Assembly (NCBI RefSeq): GCF_011745625.1
Contig: NW_027191452.1
Span: 496,001 to 560,000, forward strand
From: Cladosporium halotolerans
Lineage: Eukaryota
Reading direction: 5' to 3'
DNA: 64,000 nt
The position numbers were made by a program, and so were the translations under genes. The first letter of the stretch is position 1, and each line of letters starts with the position of its first letter. A model generated the notes under the pieces. The model saw only the letters and a list, made by a program, of their open reading frames with translations, made no database searches and was not told where the DNA came from. This document shows, piece by piece, positions 10,801 through 23,100 of the stretch.

Positions 10801-13653
10801 CTGGTTACAAAGGCGGTCCATGAAATGCAAATTCAGATCTGGATGATTCTTTACGGATTACTCAAGGAGGCCATTGAGCAGAACAATACTCTGTTTCCGA
10901 CACCGGTCGAGGACCGCTTCGACTTCCTGCGGTGCCTGCATCGCAACCTCGGCCTTCGAGGTATTTGCGACGGCTTGAATCGCAAGTTCGTGCGCATGCT
11001 CAAGGATGAGTTCTTCCAGATGACCCATGTGGACGGCTATGACCAAGAGCAAGCGCAGGTCTTGTATGATCTCTACGGGCTGAATTGTTTCATGAACCCT
11101 GCGTACGAGTTAATTGAGCACCGCTGCACGCATGATGCCTTCCTCGACAAAGGCGTTGCTCTGCAAGCTGTCGATCTTCTTCTCTTGCAGGCAGACAAGC
11201 TGCCGATCAAGGAGTTAGTGAAGCATACGCTGAAAGATGCGATTGAAAAAATTCACGGTGCACTCAACCGCAAGAAGCCCACGGCAGACATTTTGAGTAA
11301 CAGGGAAGTATATCGTGCTTTCTTGCGATCTCCGATAAAGCCGACAGAGCTCTTCCGGTGCTTGAACGGCGATGGTGACGAGCTGATGGTGAAGGATATC
11401 CCTGAAAGTGACGCAGTCCTCGCTTCGAAAGGATGGTATTTCCTAATGGGACACATCGCGCTTACGAGATTTCGCACCACGAAGAAGCCCGGCGGGACGC
11501 CTCAAGAAGATGTCGATATTGCTATCGCTTTTTTCATGCAAGACCTGGAGTTTAGCATGAACAACTGGCAAACATGGTTTAGACTCGCGCAAGCCTACGA
11601 CACAAAAATCGACGAGAGCGTCATGTGGTCAGCAGAGAAGATGAACAATGAGATGTCGTCTCTGGTTCAGCTTCAGCGTGCCGCCATACATTGCTATGCA
11701 ATGGCGACTGCTCTCGCTCATCAATCAGCGAGTCTGAACTTTGATACGTCCGACAACATCGCCGAGCTGTACCACGACTTCGCTATGCGTATTTACAACT
11801 CTTCTCGAGAGCCTCTTTCGATGCGTGCATTCGCGGTCGACGAGAATGAGCGGTTTTTGAGTATCCTCACTGGCGTCGTCCGCAGCAGCTCATTCAAGCC
11901 ACTGCGGGAGTACACTGCCTTCAAGTTGACAAGGACATTACTGTTGCGCACACTCAACCATGGACAGGAGAATTGGATGTTGCATTTTATGCTCGCCAAG
12001 TGCTTGTGGAAGATGCATTCTACGCCTGCGGAGAAGATTCCTCCCAATAACACGCCGCCAGGAGCGCCAGCTGTCTTTCGGCATCTCTTGCGTGCGATTG
12101 AGCTTCTACCCGGCAAGAACAACAGTCGTGACAACAAATCTCAGCCTACTTTGGAGCCCCATTACAAGCTGCTGATCCTTGTTCACAAGATGTACATGCG
12201 AGGAAGTATTGATCTTGAGCAGGCGGGCATGCTGCTACATGAGAATCCTTACGCCCAACCAGTAACCTTCCCGGATTCGAGGGAAAAATGGCCTCACTAC
12301 GTCCTCACGGTATTGAAGCGCCTGCGCGTGGCTGACAAGCAAAACTGGCATCACCGCATGATATACAGGACCGCGCAAATCATCAACGACTTCCCTGCGC
12401 AGGTGCAAGACTTCATCCCGAGTCAATGCGAGAATGAGGCCAAAGACCAAGCACTCCTCGGGCCAGCTGGCGCGAGATACGAGCTGACGCAGCAGATGTT
12501 CACGAAGACCATGGTTCTTCAAGTCTGGCGTCCAGATGCCGAGAGGCCCGGTCGTCACTTCGTCTACACGACCCGATACACGCGGTTCTTCGTCAAGATC
12601 CTCGAGGCTCTGCAAGACAGGACGAATTTGGAGCAACTAGCCAGGAGGGTCCGCAGACGCAACCATGAGCTGTTCGAGCACACTGCTGTCTGGCAGGACA
12701 TCACCAACGCCTACCTTCGCATTTTGCGAAACCACGCCAGCTTGTCCGAGGGCCTCGAGACGTCGACTTTCAGTGGTATCTTCCACGATGAGTTCCTCGA
12801 ACGCAAGGAGCCGCTGGAGCGCTGGATGCAAGCCCAAGACAACGGCGAGAACGCCGCGCTGGACGTCTTGCGAGAGTCGCAAGAGCTCAAGAAGATCAAC
12901 CAGGGGCTCGTCAAGCCCGGCCCAATCGACGACCTTACCGGCGACGCCTACGCCTACCTCTTCTCCACCGTGGGCAAAACCATGCTGGATGAAGACAAAC
13001 GCGTCAAGCAAGAAGAAGCCGCCCACAACGCGCCACCCCCAGCTCCCGCACCGCAAGAGCCTCCGCCACCCGCCAGGAACCCAACGATGAGTGTTATGCA
13101 CCTAATGAACGTCGACGGCGCCACCGCACAGACGCCGCCCGCCGCGCCCACGCCCATCCCTCAAGCCCAAACGCAATCGACACTAGACGCCGCAGGCTCC
13201 GCGCCCGCCGCCCGCCGCAAAGTCGGCGTGGGCCGCCGCGAGATCCGGAACGCGGCGGAGTCGTGCTACCCAAAGACGCCAGCGCAGACAGCGTCGCGCG
13301 TCACGGGCCCGGTGCCGGAGAGCAGGGTGCAGGTCGTTATCAACGCCTCGCGCCCGACGCTGGGAGACATGTCAGTCGAGACAAGCGCGCCGGGGAGTAT
13401 ACACGACAGCGCCGATGACGAGAGCGAGCTGAGCGAGCTGGAGGAGGATGACGCTGATGATGAGGATGATGAGCCCAGCAGGCCGCTATTTCCTGGGTTG
13501 TCGGGCAGGGACAAAGTTGAGGGTGAGGAGAGTGAGATGGAGATGGATGGTGATGACACTGCCGAGGACAGGAAGGAAGACGCGGAGATGGGCGAGGCTG
13601 ATGCGGGTGATGGGGATGAAACCGCAGGGGACGCCAAAACTAATGGTACTTGA
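7840..13653 (+). CDS. HIR3: Histone transcription regulator 3 (HIR complex, Cabin1 homolog)
   Basis: 1937-aa ORF. Start MSGFKALNIESDDESDIEVDDTKEIQIEE...LYQTALKYH, LEPHYKL, DKQNWHHRMIYR and VWRPDAERPGRHFVY are Hir3 hallmarks; acidic tail. Confidence 0.92.
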   Translation: MSGFKALNIESDDESDIEVDDTKEIQIEETLKLYQTALKYHSEGPSSFDKAAEAYRELFESEIFQYPESQAELRRIELYGPQVEAENDWLDATVSTGYSTTNLETNNSTLPQLLHLSHKNYAQFRLEALAAKIDTLDVHLRQILADATAALDHFVDALDKDATDLDLWRRTATVGELLNSHRVARFCLEAVLDGDEEGLSSLMTLPGLEDGLAGEQLRDLIATLDDQLSILQAPLPASNRKLLSRLLKQRLDPYNNIISRKRSLLTDSKPSTFVPQQQRAVVQAPKNWVDLGDALLRHNATNQYSLVPLSAISFDLSHELVPAEQSVLEDVPVAAAVQQSPTKTSWSMPKSLDEQFPGLDNGFPTVQPNIADADSEMRAISRPNDGTDVDMSEPPVILLPTRKRSGDAAGLVDGADESRTKSRRTRGRESLLELTDSKQSTIDANIQWEYEQQLNERKAADDWLYETVGVFFEKIGILGFEAGKNVRLELEPGSETASEDESTSMPKRALKLARADISRFFNEYSDRHAHLLLVGGENMDIGHSSAVTGPTGSLGGSASLRSSMKPDPLPNDKLHDFLQRVNEDWMSVAEVAYAFVKAMTSPEAAESSAYTAYSWPEALKTIIVRLLVNFDGKVFETASAELETLQQPKANELTSRYSAELSEALLTIFELHLDIYCLIREPNSGVDVETVTLQGDRLQRWSELTREAMQARVTFLGEHEPSDPLNLRFLWATTLHVGASADIDQDYALECMQDLRQVLLEAGDVAIFLPNNAIMPELSIAAMDRKLSELTTKDFFAKVTENELKDPAATIENLEPLLEAVSARQTQMDARGEDDEPPQQSVPQDLVDFLDGSSISVKLMLWQRLREAYASIDYKPMVAACHFRMMSMVLNEIKTSEFLDLEQEERQVLVLKSLRMLHVMIAKVFSLGESSTDVWDCLDEEGLPNAITLLGEILQILQVFNVFEDSIQIGQTKAPTGAKDLVVPSFTLVTKAVHEMQIQIWMILYGLLKEAIEQNNTLFPTPVEDRFDFLRCLHRNLGLRGICDGLNRKFVRMLKDEFFQMTHVDGYDQEQAQVLYDLYGLNCFMNPAYELIEHRCTHDAFLDKGVALQAVDLLLLQADKLPIKELVKHTLKDAIEKIHGALNRKKPTADILSNREVYRAFLRSPIKPTELFRCLNGDGDELMVKDIPESDAVLASKGWYFLMGHIALTRFRTTKKPGGTPQEDVDIAIAFFMQDLEFSMNNWQTWFRLAQAYDTKIDESVMWSAEKMNNEMSSLVQLQRAAIHCYAMATALAHQSASLNFDTSDNIAELYHDFAMRIYNSSREPLSMRAFAVDENERFLSILTGVVRSSSFKPLREYTAFKLTRTLLLRTLNHGQENWMLHFMLAKCLWKMHSTPAEKIPPNNTPPGAPAVFRHLLRAIELLPGKNNSRDNKSQPTLEPHYKLLILVHKMYMRGSIDLEQAGMLLHENPYAQPVTFPDSREKWPHYVLTVLKRLRVADKQNWHHRMIYRTAQIINDFPAQVQDFIPSQCENEAKDQALLGPAGARYELTQQMFTKTMVLQVWRPDAERPGRHFVYTTRYTRFFVKILEALQDRTNLEQLARRVRRRNHELFEHTAVWQDITNAYLRILRNHASLSEGLETSTFSGIFHDEFLERKEPLERWMQAQDNGENAALDVLRESQELKKINQGLVKPGPIDDLTGDAYAYLFSTVGKTMLDEDKRVKQEEAAHNAPPPAPAPQEPPPPARNPTMSVMHLMNVDGATAQTPPAAPTPIPQAQTQSTLDAAGSAPAARRKVGVGRREIRNAAESCYPKTPAQTASRVTGPVPESRVQVVINASRPTLGDMSVETSAPGSIHDSADDESELSELEEDDADDEDDEPSRPLFPGLSGRDKVEGEESEMEMDGDDTAEDRKEDAEMGEADAGDGDETAGDAKTNGT

Positions 13654-13899
13654 TCGCGCGGTTCAGGTTCCTTTTGTATAGATAAAGGCGGTCAAGAATG
13701 AACTGCATTGAGTTTGAGTAAGGACAGGAAAACCAAGTGTATTATATGAGTGTATCGTATCAACCTCTTCGTGTATACTCGGAACAATAAAAAAAATGGA
13801 ACCCATGACGAACCACCAATGCCAAACCAACAACAACTCTCATCAGAGAAAACATCAGCCACGCGGAACTAGAAAGGACATTCCGACCAGTGTCCGCCC

Positions 13900-16853
13900 C
13901 TAGAACAGACCCAGCGCAAACGGCAAGAGCGCATGACAGCCCACCTGGTTCGCAATGGGAACGATTGCGGTGAAATCTTTGATTGTCCAACCCCTGGGCG
14001 CGAAGCACGCCAGGTAGATCATGCCGCCGATGATCGGAATCAAGAATGCGTACATCCACTTGAAGTCACGCACGATGCGGTCGAGCCCGAGGCGGAACCC
14101 GGAACCTTCCAGCTCTTTCGCCGTCGTCGTCCATTCCATGTTGATGCTGCAGGCGTGGCAGATGAGTGCCTTGCACATGTGAAATGACAGACCGCCGAAG
14201 AATAGCACGAACTGGAATGGGTTAGCAGATGCATCACTTGCTTTTCTTTGCTCAAGATACTGACCATTGGAGTCCACTTGATAGTTTCCCATAGACAGAT
14301 AAAGAACGTTTTCTGACCGAGACGGTGGCGAAGCATAGCGTACGCAAGCGGCGATAGCACGTTAAAAACGAAAGCCATGCCGACAAAAATCTTCCACGAG
14401 GTGATGTAAAACTGGTCCACTTGGTCTGCAAACCACCCGACGATCAGGTAGTTGGCAAGTGTCAGGGGAATGGCGGAGGCAATCGCATAGTACGTGAAGA
14501 TGTAAGCGATGATCGTGATCTTGCTAGTGATCTTGATGTTACTCCAGAGAAATTTGCGGAATAGCGGAGTGATGGGACCGCGTGTGATCCAGTAGCGGAA
14601 GGGGTGGAAGACCAGCTCGTTGCAGCCGTAAGCGTACTTTTCCCAACGGGCCAATTCGTCGTAGACGGTGAGCGACACGCCCTCTTTGAAACCCCCGTCG
14701 TGGTATGTGGCGAGACGCACTACGAATCCGTTCATCTGGAGGCGCAGGGAGACATCAAAATCTTCTGAGACGTGAGACTCGGACCAGAAGAGAGTGCGGC
14801 CATCTTCCTCCCAAGAAATGGATTGGATAGCCTTCCAACGAATGAATGTATTGTGGCCGACGAAGGGAGCACAGTCGCCAGTGCCCACAGCGAACTGAAT
14901 GGACGTGTAGATCAAGTTCGTAAAGTAAGTGATACCGTTCTCGAAAACGTTGTTGACCACTTGAAGAATGCCAGAAGCATGCTGCAGCAGAGCGACCTCG
15001 GGAGATTCATGCATTTCCAAAGCGCCGTAGAGAAGTGCATCCTCCGGCACACGGGTATCGGAATCAATGATCAAGATGACCTCGCCCATGCGCACATTGC
15101 CGGCGGCCCAGGTTCTACCCTGGTCCTTGTCAAGCATGGCTTCACGCGCTCGGTCATAGAGCTCTTCCTCGTCGTCGATGCTGAGGTCAACTTGGGAGCA
15201 GCCACGCTTCTTGCACTCCTCTTCAACGAGGCGGAGCCATTCGCCTTCAACACGAGCAGAGAAGTCCAGACAGTAGTTCATGTTAGAAGCCTTCTTGAAC
15301 TTTCCGCGTCGAATGAAATAACTGTCGCTTTCTTGGTTAGAGTTGTGCGGCGGACGCGAGCACCAGCCAATGTTGTTGAGCTCGTAGTAAGCCTGCCGGG
15401 CTTCAGCAAGGTCGGGTTTGACAAGCTGCATACCGTCATCATTGATGAAGATGGACGCCGTGCCGCCACGAGCTTCATAGTAGCGAACAGTATCCATGCA
15501 CGACTCAATTGTAGGCATGATGACGCCCTTGAGACCTTCCTTGTAGACAGGCATCTGAATGGTAACGTGGGGCAGCTCGTAGTCTTTGTGCCTGCCGACC
15601 TTGGGCGCCTTAGCGGAATAGAACATGGAGTTCTCCTGAATGCAAGCCAGAGGGCCGAATAGCTGGTAAAGTGATCCCGTGATGACAATCATGAAGAATA
15701 ACGAAAAGGCTGCGAAGACCGGGACCGTGACTAACAGACAGAAGCGCAAGTAGCTACCGTCAAGTCGGACTTCCGTTAGCAGCTTCGCCACGCAGGCAAA
15801 CTCGACGACAACGACCAAAACCATGGCGAGGCCGATAACACCTGCGTGCCAGAGCAACAGAGGTCGATGCGGAATCTCGGTGCCGTCCTTTTCTGGATCA
15901 TACGCTTTGTCGCCCTCCTCTTCCCTAGCAATGGCAGTCTGAATGACATCGAACTGCCCTTTCTGCTTTTCGTTCAGCTGCGTGTTTGGTTTGAAGCCAT
16001 TCACGGGTGTATTATAGGCTCCGAGAGATGGCGGAGTCATTCCGATGGACCTAAGGCCAAACGCGCTATTATGCCGCGGAGATTTAATCCCACCAGGTTG
16101 GACTTGTGTGCCCCAGACCTAAGGGCTGTCAGCCATGAAGTAACGAGGCCAAGCGCCGCAGCTGTTGTCACACATCGTGACCGGGACTCTGGATGATACG
16201 TACAAGACCAACAAGCCATGTCTCAATGTCCGTGCCTTGAGTGACAATGTTCTCGACAGTATCGCCCCAAACAAGGACAAATTGTTCCTGTTTGCAAAGG
16301 CAGATGAATTGGTCCCGAGCGACTGCGGCCTTTCCAGAGGAGATTTGCTCGATCGAATCGATAATATGAAGTGTCATCCCTGACCGCGGATCACCTAATT
16401 GTGTTTGTTCAGGTGAGATCTGGCTCAGTAGGGCGGCGGTAATCTCAGAGGACATGGTGAATGCGATTGGAACATCCAGCTTCAAAGTGGCTTTGACGAC
16501 TTCGTCGTTCAAGGTGTGTGGATGGGAAACAAAACTGCCATCTTCGCGCTGGATGACAACACCTCTGGTGGCGACAAATTCAGGCACAGATGTACCATCT
16601 TCGTCGCGCGGCGGATCGAGCCACTGATGCGCAGCAACCTGCTTGAACAAATCTACAATTGTAAGCGCATGCTCAGGTGAGCTTCTTATTTGGAAGAATT
16701 ACATTTTGCCATCACGCCATGTCTTCCGTTGAGGACGTCCGCCGAGTTGATACTTGAGGGAGCACTCATCCTCATCGTTGCTTGCTTGTGATAAAGGGGC
16801 AGTGGGGGAGTCTTCTCGACATTGAAGTTGAACTCCGTTAGGCCCTGCGCCAT
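13900..16853 (-). CDS. Multi-pass processive-type glycosyltransferase family 2 protein, 4 exons
   Basis: Introns 16702-16653, 16203-16119 and 14264-14212 give one frame. Motifs VTIQMPVYKE, INDDG, KKASNMN, IIDSD, HVSEDF and ELARWEKYAYG; TM helices flank the catalytic domain. Confidence 0.9.
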
Positions 16854-18634
16854 GACGGGCAGTGTTTCAGCGCACTCAAAGATTGACAAACAGGACTTGA
16901 ATGGTGTTGGTGCGAGTTTGGTGTAGCATGGGCGAGACAACAGGACACTTGCACTCATAAGGCATTGAGACTTCGCAAATCTGGGTTATATCCAGCCAAA
17001 CAATCTGACTAACCGGTTTGGCTGGGGTTGAATGGCGCTCACGTTTCCCATCCAGCCAAACGCCTTCATCACCCACCGATTGGGAGTCATATCACGCTAG
17101 TGAGCACGTAGCGGCGCCCATACGAGGTCCATGTGCGAATGCAGGCTCTTACCGGGCGAGACCCTTTGTCTGGTCGAGACTCCGCGCAAGTTGAGTATTG
17201 TGGCTTAGTCGAAAACGTGTCCGCCACATCCAATCTTGACCAAAAATAGAATGAGTTGTCGGGTTTCTTATGGAGAGTGAGATAGCGTTCCACGATAACA
17301 GGCCTGACTTGCCCGGATACGGAACACCCACAACGGGGCTAGAGGCTCCAGCAACGGAATCAACTCAATCTAAACTTCTATGGCAAGCCTCAGAAGTCGA
17401 TCGGAGGAATAGCGAGAAGCCGTGCGAGGTATCAAAGCACATGTTGAGCTTCAATGTGGCGTCGAGCTATCGACGTTCTGCAGCGCGTCCAATTCGAGCC
17501 TTGGTATAGAAGGGGCAAGTGTATTCAGCGCTTGACCTAGAGAAATTGGCTAAGCGAGCTTCGACTCATGGCCAACCCAAAGATATGCCATAAACTGAAG
17601 ATTGAGGCGAGGCGTGGGAGACTTGCTGTTCAATAATGCCATCCTGGGGGAAGAACCGACTCCTCTGTCCTAGGCCACGGCAGGGGCAGCTTAGAGCCAT
17701 AGACTTGACTGAAGATGCCGCACAGGTAGTCCATGAAGGTCATAATCTTCCTGACAAGCCATCTGAGGCAGTATATTGGATGTCTGCTCAAGCCTCATCC
17801 TGGGCGGTGAGCCGGCCGTGCCAGACCCAGAATCCAACACATGTCTACAGCTTCCAAGGCCGCTCGTCGTAGGTCCGGTGCGAACTCCGCTGAGCCATGT
17901 TGCCGAATGCATGTATCGCGCGCGTAGCACGCCGAGCCATAAAGATCCTTTGCCTAGGTGTGGATGTGAATACGGTTCCGATAGAGCAACGGCAGTGGTT
18001 GCCTCAGCTGCGATAACACACTGCCAAGAGCGATGAAGTCGGCTGCTTCTCCAGGGAGATTGGAGAGCGGCCCAGCGCCGCGGCACCTGAGGCTAGATCG
18101 CATGCACCATCTGCGTCAATTCCTGGGTCCTGCAGGCCGCCTTCTGCACACGTGCATGCGGTATGCACATCCCCCATGTGATGCAGTTGCTCGGACGCTG
18201 CCGGATTGCTGCATCTTCAGCCACCCACGCACCCCAGCCTGAACCTCACTCATCGCAAAGGTAAAAGTCCCCTTTATCACGCGCCACCGTCGAAGCCCTG
18301 TGCAAGCCTTCCTAGGCTAGCTGTCGACCATATGGGTCGTTGCCGAATCGGTGGGTGTGTCAATCTGCCTGTCGGTAGTAATGTGTGGCTGCAGTGCTTA
18401 TCGACGGGCTGAACATGTTCACGTTGAGGCCGCCCACAGACATTCTAATGGGGCCTCGAAACCAAGCGTAAGAAGCCTGGCCTTCGCCATATCTGTGACT
18501 TTGCACTGGCGCAGACTGCGGCCGATCTGCCGTGTTAGGCCTTTTTGTTTCAATACCTCTGCAACTCTTCAGGCATCCTCTTCGATTAATTCCTTGCTCC
18601 TCTCTCAAAGACCAAATCATCCCAGCTTGCAACC

Positions 18635-20135
18635 ATGTCGTTCGCCAGTCGACCGCAGCAGGCATCATCAGGGACATCCACGCCATTCAGGCAGAACCCA
18701 TTCGACACGCCGCCGCCGCTGAGCTCGGTGCCGACTCAGGACAACCGGGATGGCTCAGGCTACTTCCCTTCCGTCAAAAGTCAGTGTCCAACGTATGTCT
18801 CTGAGATGCATCCCATCTAACAAAGTTGTAGCGATGCACGTTCCTCGACGACGGAAATTCGTCAGCGCCCGTCTCCGAAAGGGCGAGTATGACGAAAAAC
18901 CATGGCTTACGGGCGCAAAGGATCCCAACTTCAAACGCAAACGTTGGGAGAAGGTCATCTTCTGGTCCAGCATCGGACTCGGAGTGTTGATTGGGGGTGC
19001 CATTTGCGCATTTGCGTACATTTCAGTCTCCACCGGCACTTTCTGTCCGATCTGGGAAGATGAATTCGGGAGCATCGATGCTGATTCCTGGAGCTTCGAG
19101 ATCCAGCGTGGAGGTTTCGGCACTGGCGCCTTTGACTGGACTACCGACGATCCAACGAACGCTTATACCGACGCTGAAGGCCTGCATATCGTGCCAACGT
19201 TGACTACTGAAACGACAGATATTACGCCTGAGCAAATCTATGACGGCTACGAGCTCAATTTGACGACGGCGAAGACGTGCACTACGACAGATCACAAGAT
19301 GTGCTCTATCCTCAGCGACAAGAAGACTGGCGACATCGTCAATCCTGTCCGCAGCGCTCGCATGACGACCAAGGGCAAGAAAAGCATTCGGTACGGCAAA
19401 GTCGAGGTGGTCGCCAAGATGCCGAAGGGTGACTGGCTCTGGCCTGCCATTTGGATGATGCCCGAGGAAGAAGTCTATGGCAGCTGGCCCATGAGTGGCG
19501 AGATCGACATCGCTGAAAGCAGGGGCAACAATCCCGACACCTATCCCGACGGTCGCAACTCGATCATCTCGGCACTTCACTGGGGCCCATCTACTGGAAC
19601 GGATGCTTTCTGGCGCACCAGTGGCAAGCACAATCTCCGCCGAACAGACTATTCTAAGAATTTCCACACTTACGGTCTGGAGTGGACAAAAGACTACCTT
19701 TTCATGTATATTGACAATCAGCTTCTGGTAAGCCACAATGTCCTAGGTTCAAAAGCCACCGAAAGACGCTGACCTTTTCCGTAGCAAGTCTTCTTTATCA
19801 AGTTCGCCGTTGGCCCACGGACGATGTGGAACCGGGGCAAGTTCGGCGAGTTTCAACTCGACAATAAGTCAGCTCTCTTCGACCCGTGGTCTCACACCGG
19901 CATGCGAAACACGCCCTTCGATCAGAAGTTCTACCTGATTCTCAACGTCGCTGTCGGAGGCACGAACGGCTTCTTCAAAGACGGCGTTGGAAACAAGCCG
20001 TGGGGAGACGGCAGCCGCACAGGGCCGAAAGAGTTCTGGGATGCTAGGCGGCTCTGGCTGCCCACATGGGGCGAGGAGGCCGAGCGTGGCATGACCGTGA
20101 AGAGCGTCAAGATGTACAGCGAGGGTGGATGTTAA
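18635..20135 (+). CDS. Type II membrane-anchored glycoside hydrolase family 16 (laminarinase / beta-glucan-binding-protein-like), 3 exons
   Basis: Introns 18780-18831 and 19728-19784. One TM helix (VIFWSSIGLGVLIGGAICAFAYI), GDWLWPAIWM, catalytic WPMSGEIDIAE (ExDxxE), PFDQKFYLILNVAVGG. Confidence 0.92.
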
Positions 20136-23100
20136 AGTCTGAGTGCAGAGTTCCAGAGTCTCGCAACGATTTTGTTTTTCTTCTTTTGTCCAATGAGTGT
20201 TGGTTTTCTTCACTAATGATATGCTTTCTGGAGTTGGGGGAATGGCTGCTATGCATAATTAGAGACACAATACGCAAGACGGTCGAAACTTCCCCTTGAG
20301 AGATATCCCAAAATGACGACCGTGGGCGATCCCCACGCGGCCTCAGCTTCTTGACTGCACGCATACGGCGGAGAACCTCAATGGCCACGGCAATTACCAC
20401 CCAGGCTCGATGCTTGCAGAAGCTGCTTGTTCCCGCCCTCAGAGAGTTCCAATAACTCGATAAGGTCTCGATCCGTTGAGAAGAAAATGCTAATTGCGGA
20501 CTAAGAGTGTACCAATTCCAGGCCAAGACATCAAATGCGTGGCAACATCGGCAAGCTGTGCCCAGGCTATCCAAGAGCTCAAAGCTCACGAAAGCGGCGC
20601 GACATATGGTGGAGTCGCCCAGATCATGATTGCCATTGGCCGGAATGCGGAAGCAATGAAAAAGACTGAATGCTGTCATTCACAATCTCCAATCAGGACT
20701 ATTCGAAGGCTGTTGACGTCTGCAAACAAACACCCTAAACCTGAAGACAGCGCCACATGAAGCTACCCGCTATCGGCACCCGAACTCTGTTGTCAAGTCC
20801 TCACGCTAATTGATAGAGCAGTAGGCCGCGGTAAGTGGCATGCAGGAGCCGATTGACGTTCAACGCCCGCATGACAACTCGCGTACCTGCAGTAGGCCCT
20901 GCCATCTCCCTGTTACCTAGGTATGTATAAGACGAGACAGCAAGGCAAGGCTTGTCGTCGGTTCCTGGCAGTCGATCTTCGAATCGGGCTGAAGTCCGTG
21001 CGCCGGCTGGAAACCTTCTCTAGACCACGTCTCTGATTTTAGGCGCGGAGTTTCCGTGAGGCAACCCACTTCCTTATCAAAGACGTTAGATTTGTGGCGC
21101 TCGCTGGCTCTTGGAAGCAATGTCAACTGCATGATATCAATGCTATTCTGGTAGCATTTCTGCCATCGTCTTGCTTTCTCCAATCCTGTGGCGGATTGAG
21201 TTCCGATCGCAATCATGGCGACCATGACCTGTGGCTGTCAATGCACTGAATGCCATGTCTAGGCGTCGATCCCACCAAATGGCCCTTGCTGGCCCTTGCT
21301 CTAGCTCGTCTTCTCCCAAACCTAGCGCTCGGGTTTGACGACTCGGCACGCCCAAGCCTCATCCACTCAAGGCCCAAGCAGCTACGCATGGCATCCAGGT
21401 GAATTCCGTTGTTGACATCGAGAACCTCGTGGAGTTTGTCCACCACGCAGACACCGGCCTCGGCAATGCCATCCAAGTGGGCATGTTCGACGTGCACGAG
21501 GAACACAGGCCCTGACTCCGCGAGCCCGCTGCCCACCTCGGGCTATCAAATCCCCTGCTAAGATGAGTCGAACGTGTACTCGTCGGCGAACGCGATGGTT
21601 GTCCCAGACCCACGCGCGGGGCGGGTCCCGTGAGATTTCGATCTGTGTGAGAGGTAGGAACATGACCCCTGCCCTTGCAACTCTCTTTGGTGCCTTCAAC
21701 CCTTTTCGTTTCCTTGTATTGCAATCATCTGGATCTCGTCAGCAGCTTTGTACAAGCGCTTTCGGATCCATTCGTTATTTGAGTCAAGCCTTTGTGCTTT
21801 TCAGATGGTGCTGTTTCAATCTCGCCTGCGCAGCGTTAAGCGTGACGCAGATTGCCAACGCCAGCTAGACGATCTGACGGCGTCATGTCGAAGATGGCTG
21901 CCCTCTCAGACGGGATATACCTGATCATGAACGGAGCTCGTCACGACCACACGGACTTCGGCCTTGCCACTGATCTTAACCTCACCTGGGTCTTGTACGA
22001 TCGCTACAAACCCGTCGGCTTACGCAAAGACTGCCTTCGCTTGATTCTACCACAGCGAAGCGATCCTGCTCAACGATGCTAGAGCTCTCGTCTCTGGCTC
22101 CGACCTTGAAGGAAATTGCACTTTTGCACTGCAAGTGTACCGCCCTGAGGTCTCCTCTCCGCTGTACATTCTCGGCGGCGGCGCACGCCCGGAGTTCATA
22201 GTCACGAACCTCGGCTGAAGCTACGGCTAGTATCACACGTTCCAGATCAACAAAATTGGCAGCAGCAGCGTCGGTCGTACGGCGTGAGCCTTCTCGGCGC
22301 CGTCGACTCGATGTACACGAATAGCATGGGACAGCACGCTTGTTTCCCGGCGATCTCTTGCACATGCTAAACGTGTACAGTCACCGCGCCGCCACACGTA
22401 CGTGTGCGCGCCCGGCTGGCTCTGGGTGTCTCTGCTGGATGCCAACAATATATCGTCCCATGCGATCTGGCTGAGTCTTTGGCGGCCACTCTACGCAGCT
22501 GGGGGGACCATCAAGTCTTCCATCCTCTGCCTCGCGTGGGGCCTGGGAAGGACCTTTTTGAGCGCCGGCTTGCTATAGGTCCCATTCGTCATCTATCCTT
22601 CGCATATCAGTCAAAATTGGCATGGTCAGCTTCTAGTTATTCCCTTGCGCGGGTTAGGTTTGCTACTGTTTCCTGCCTGAGTCCACCATCAAGCAGCGAA
22701 TGAGTTTCCCATACCCTCAGCTGTTAGAAGCGGACTACACTGCGTAGGCTCACCAATCCACACAGAGGTTGTGAATCTCGCATGAAAACACCGATTTGAA
22801 ATTGCATAGCCAAGCGGGCAGTGCTGGACACTGCATGCTCGGCGAGCTTGCTAGGCATGTTCGGTGCAAGACATTGTCACAAGCCAGCCAGCTCTGACAT
22901 GATCATTTGTCAGGTGAGCAGTTGATGAAGAGAGTGCCGCAATATCCGTACGGAGTTCCACGACAATTCAGGTGACCTTGCTCTGCCATGAATTCACGTG
23001 ATCGGCGCGTGATGATCAGGGGACAGTGCAGTAATGCAACGTCCCGGAGCGCGGAGGCTGAGTATCGCTCGGCCCCTGCCGGATGTAAGACACGCAGGCA

